64,000 nt of DNA, taken from assembly GCA_951406725.2 (NCBI GenBank), contig OX597835.1, forward strand, positions 50,096,001 through 50,160,000. Reading direction: 5' to 3'. Below, in pieces: positions 1-64,000 of this stretch (positions are counted from its first letter, which is position 1; the number at the start of each line of letters is the position of its first letter). The notes beneath the pieces are model-generated. The model made no database searches. It was not told where the DNA came from and saw nothing but the letters and a program-made list of their open reading frames with translations. The position numbers were made by a program, and so were the translations under genes. The stretch is from Octopus vulgaris. Taxonomy: Eukaryota.

Positions 1-95
1 TTCCGCTGGAGTTGGGCCCCCATGGGTTGGTGTCCAGGTGGAGTTGCTGGTTTGATTGGCTCATTGCCACCAAGAAGTTTCCGAAAAAGAGACAT
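1..95 (-). CDS. RABL6: Rab-like protein 6 (RABL6/PARF/C9orf86 homolog), first coding exon, partial (runs off window)
   Basis: Reverse strand from the ATG at 95-93 reads MSLFRKLLGGNEPIKPATPPGHQPMGAQLQR(K). This resembles the RABL6 N-terminus as I recall it (MFSALKKLVGS...PAGLQSMNQALQRRFAKGVQYNMK). Only 31 codons are visible. Confidence 0.7.
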   Translation of the reverse strand, partial: MSLFRKLLGGNEPIKPATPPGHQPMGAQLQR

Positions 96-1461
96 ATTGG
101 TCTGTGTGTGTGGAATATGGATATTTATTCAGAGGTTTCCTTTTTCTTCAATGATTTTTAAAACTATTTTGCAAACTTTCCTTTTACTTTTGAAATTCTT
201 ATACTGTGTTTCCTGCATTATCTACAACTGACCTTTTCACAAAACCTCAGCAAATACTCGATATTGGCCTCATTTTGCGGTCGTCACTGGCTTCAAGCAA
301 AGCACAATCACAGATTGCTCATAAATGTCCTTATCTGTCTTTTCTCCAATCTATTTCCGTTGTTTTCTGCGACAATGTGTCGAGATAGAGCAACAGGGTA
401 ACTTGCCAACAGGTAGAAGAATCTCAAATCAAACTCAGGCATAGAAACGTGTTGTTTTTTTCCTTCATGACCATTTATCCATTTCAAGTTGGAATTTCCG
501 AGTATATTTTTCTTCTTTTTGTTTATATAAAAAGGGGGGATGTCCCAATCGAACAGGTTTCTCCTTACATTGTTGTTGCTTCGAGGAAAAGAAAACTGAA
601 TTTAGATGAAAAATTAAAGAGAGATAAGAGAAGAAATGTACGCGTTAAAGTATTTTATGAATCCAGACGCATTCCACTAAATTGGTGAAAGACTTGAATG
701 TCAAGAGAGGAATAAGTTGAATCTGGGAATAAGAATCCAGGCTGGAATCGCCACCAAATCAATAAATTGACAAGTTTTCACAAATAAACCTGTTTCTCTC
801 TCCTCACACACCGTCTCTCTCTTCCCTCTCTCTTTATTTACATCTCAGTTCAGCATATCATTGTACTAAAATTATATATGTATATATTTTTAAAAACATT
901 ATATCAAAACTGCTCAGAATTCTTGCTGTTGTTTATCTCATTCGTTCTGCGACAGTCAAAGACATTCTTCTCCAGTTTCCTCTGCCAAGCAAATACGATT
1001 TCGTCATCAGGTTGCATAAAAAAGCCTTAAATTAATGTTGCCGAAACGAAACTTTATTTGTTCCATCGCCAACCAGCTTCTAATTATCAAGCTATTATGA
1101 ATTCGTCATCAGGTTACCAAAATAATTCTTGGTGAAACGAAACTTCATTCGTTCTGTCGCCAACCAAGACTTGGCAGCTTTTTTTCTATCAAGCAAATAC
1201 CATTTCAGGTTGCATAAAGAAGCTTAAATTAATCTTGCCGAAACGAAACTTCATATTAACATACTTCGTGACATGAATAATTATGCCGATGACAGTATAT
1301 ATGGAATTAATTATATAACATAAACAAATCGATTATTACTTTTTTCTTTGATTATTAATGTTAATACAGAGTAGTTATCAGTGTGAAAAAAAATTAATTT
1401 TACTCAGTCTCATTATGTTTTATTTGTAATTTTGTAATATAAAAGAAGTATTGCAGATAGG
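96..1461. promoter_or_regulatory. Putative bidirectional promoter / 5'UTR region between divergent RABL6-like and DARS2 start codons
   Basis: Two ATGs point away from each other 1.37 kb apart. The region lacks the SINEs and long microsatellites seen elsewhere and appears relatively CpG-rich. TSSs cannot be determined. Confidence 0.5.
935..1255. repeat. Degenerate ~100-bp tandem repeat (about 3 copies)
   Basis: Recurrent blocks ttcgtcatcaggtt..., ttaaattaat(g/c)ttgccgaaacgaaactt and ttcgttctg(t)cgccaacc, repeating near 1000, 1100 and 1205. Confidence 0.6.
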
Positions 1462-61942
<60,481 letters not shown>

Positions 61943-62097
61943 GTACATGATGATGGAGATGATAGTGGTGGTGGTGGTCTGCATCAATCTTGATCAAGGA
62001 GACCTCGGGTCAAAAGCTTTCCAACCATAACCATCCCATTTTATTTATAAATATCTAGGGCAACATTATGTACACACACATACACACACAACCAGAT

Positions 62098-62600
62098 AGG
62101 AGAAAGCTAATTCGAAGATTACAGATCCAATCCATCACTGGAACTGTAAAAATCTGTAAAACCTTCCAGAAGTTTATCAATTGAATATATTTGAGCATGT
62201 CTAGATATGCAACTATACGCATGAAGATACATACATAAAAAAACTAATCTGTATATACATGCATGCATGCATGCATACTTACATATGTACGTACGTATGT
62301 AAGTATGTATGTAAGTATGTATGCATGTTTTACAGAATTTTACAGTTCCAGTGATGGATTGGATCTGTAATCTTCGAATTAGCTTTCTCCTTTCTACATG
62401 CAAAATGTGACACTTGCAGATGATGAATTTTTAAGTATAACTATAGAGAATACAAACGACAGCATCAAAAGGGACTTTAGGCTGACACATACATACATAC
62501 ATACATACGTACATACGTATGTATGTGTATTCTGTGTAAATATCTCTATAGTTATACTTAAAAATTCATCATCTGAAAGTGTCACATTTTGCATGTATGC
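62098..62600. repeat. Two adjacent fold-back inverted repeats (about 62098-62391 and 62397-62596)
   Basis: aggagaaagctaattcgaagattacagatcc.../...ggatctgtaatcttcgaattagctttctcct and catgcaaaatgtgacactt.../...aagtgtcacattttgcatg. Confidence 0.85.
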
Positions 62601-62965
62601 ATATTTTGTATTTCATACCCAAACTAATATATTTAATATATTTGATGTATTTGATTAGTTTATCTGCGTAATTGTCTCTTTCTCTCACTCTCTTTTTTCT
62701 TTCTTCTTCTTCTCTCTCTCTCTCTCTCTGTATGTATATATATATATATATAGATAGATAGATAGATACACATAGACACATACATATATATATATATATA
62801 TATACACAGACATATATATATATATATATATACATATATATATACATACATATATGCTTTTAAATAAAGCATATTACTCTACCCCTGGTATTTGAGTACT
62901 CTTTTTTCCATCTTGTTTCACATTTTTGTGTTTACTCCAGTATATATATATATATATATGTAGAT

Positions 62966-63008
<43 letters not shown>

Positions 63009-64000
63009 CACTAAACATACACACTCATACACAAACGCACATGTATAAAGTGTATGTTCCTTAATTAGCTGTGCTGGAGTTTCTCTGTTGGATCAGTGTT
63101 GATAATTCTGATAATATAGAACTCAGTTTGGTGTGAGATGTTACTGCTGCTGTTGTTGTTGTCAGTGGTGGCATCGGTGTCGTTGTTGACGGCGATGATG
63201 ATGTTGACACTGGCAGCAGCAGTAACAATGACAATGATGAGGAGGAGAATAGAAGAAGAAAAAAAGAAAGAGAAAACTTGAGTAAGGAGAGAATATTGTG
63301 ATGGGCTGCAGTTCTGCTGTGGCAAAATTGATAGAAATGTTTAGTATGGAATTTATAGGAAAGATAAATGAAGAGGCGGAGACAGGTGTGTTGTGCAAGC
63401 ATGGGTGGAGAGGGGGTAACAGTTGACTGGTTGAGAGTAACATTAGCCATTGTAGCAAGGAGAAGGCTAACCGCAGTCTGTAAATCAGTTGGCAATTGAT
63501 TCTTTGACAAACATCTAGAGAGCTTTTGGATGTAGTCTTAGATCTTTTTGTGTTTACAGAGATAAACTGTACCGTTAGTGGTGCCTATTTACAGCTAGGT
63601 GACCTCAGCTGATGGAAGTCAAGTCTTGGCTATAGATGCAATGTTTTAATTGATGTGTTGAGTCATGTGTTGAACCAGGAGTTAAACCATGTGTTGAGTT
63701 CTGTGTTGAGCCACAGATTGAACCCTGTATGGAGTCATATGTTGAATTAGGTGTTGAGCTTTGTGTTTGAATATTTTGTGATTATATTGCATCCGTAAAG
63801 CACAACCTGTAGGAGTGACAGAGGCAGTAATAACACTGAGAGTTAATATTTATCCCCACTTAAATGTGGACATTCTGTTAGAACATGATATTTGTAGAAT
63901 ATACTACAAGAGGGACTTTCATATTGGGTTCTGGTACAAAATGCATGCTTATTTTTATCACTAGTGAGGAGATAAATCCTGCCATCTCCAGCACTGAGAC

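Noticed and set aside
997-1012. Minus-strand CTGATGA-C-GAAA, hammerhead-like
   Set aside because: No stem II and no convincing stems I or III.
62055-62080. ggg caa cat tat (GQHY), resembling the next DARS2 exon (xRxQHYDLVLNG)
   Set aside because: Runs straight into (CA)n with no DLVLNG; chance match.

Overview
AT-rich, microsatellite- and transposon-dense eukaryotic DNA. The repeat families and (TA)n/(GAT)n tracts look like Octopus or another coleoid cephalopod; this is pattern recognition, not a search result. Three protein-coding genes are supported. (1) The first coding exon of a RABL6-like gene on the - strand, running off the left edge. (2) A divergently oriented, multi-exon mitochondrial aspartyl-tRNA synthetase gene (DARS2, + strand). 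I traced 15 phase-consistent coding exons from 1462 to 61942, including one GC-AG intron; the 3' exons lie beyond the window. (3) A ~950-aa single-coding-exon, Toll-like LRR transmembrane receptor with no TIR domain, nested antisense in the 17.6-kb intron 11 of DARS2. The introns hold RTE, CR1, Hero and Dong/R4-type LINE fragments, Helitron-like and piggyBac-like non-autonomous elements, a Chapaev3-like remnant, a possible solo LTR, many tRNA-derived SINEs, several fold-back palindromes (one with an intact minimal hammerhead-ribozyme core), and a 20-bp minisatellite whose unexpanded ancestral site also appears in the window. All coordinates were read by eye: exon boundaries are to the base, repeat boundaries are approximate.
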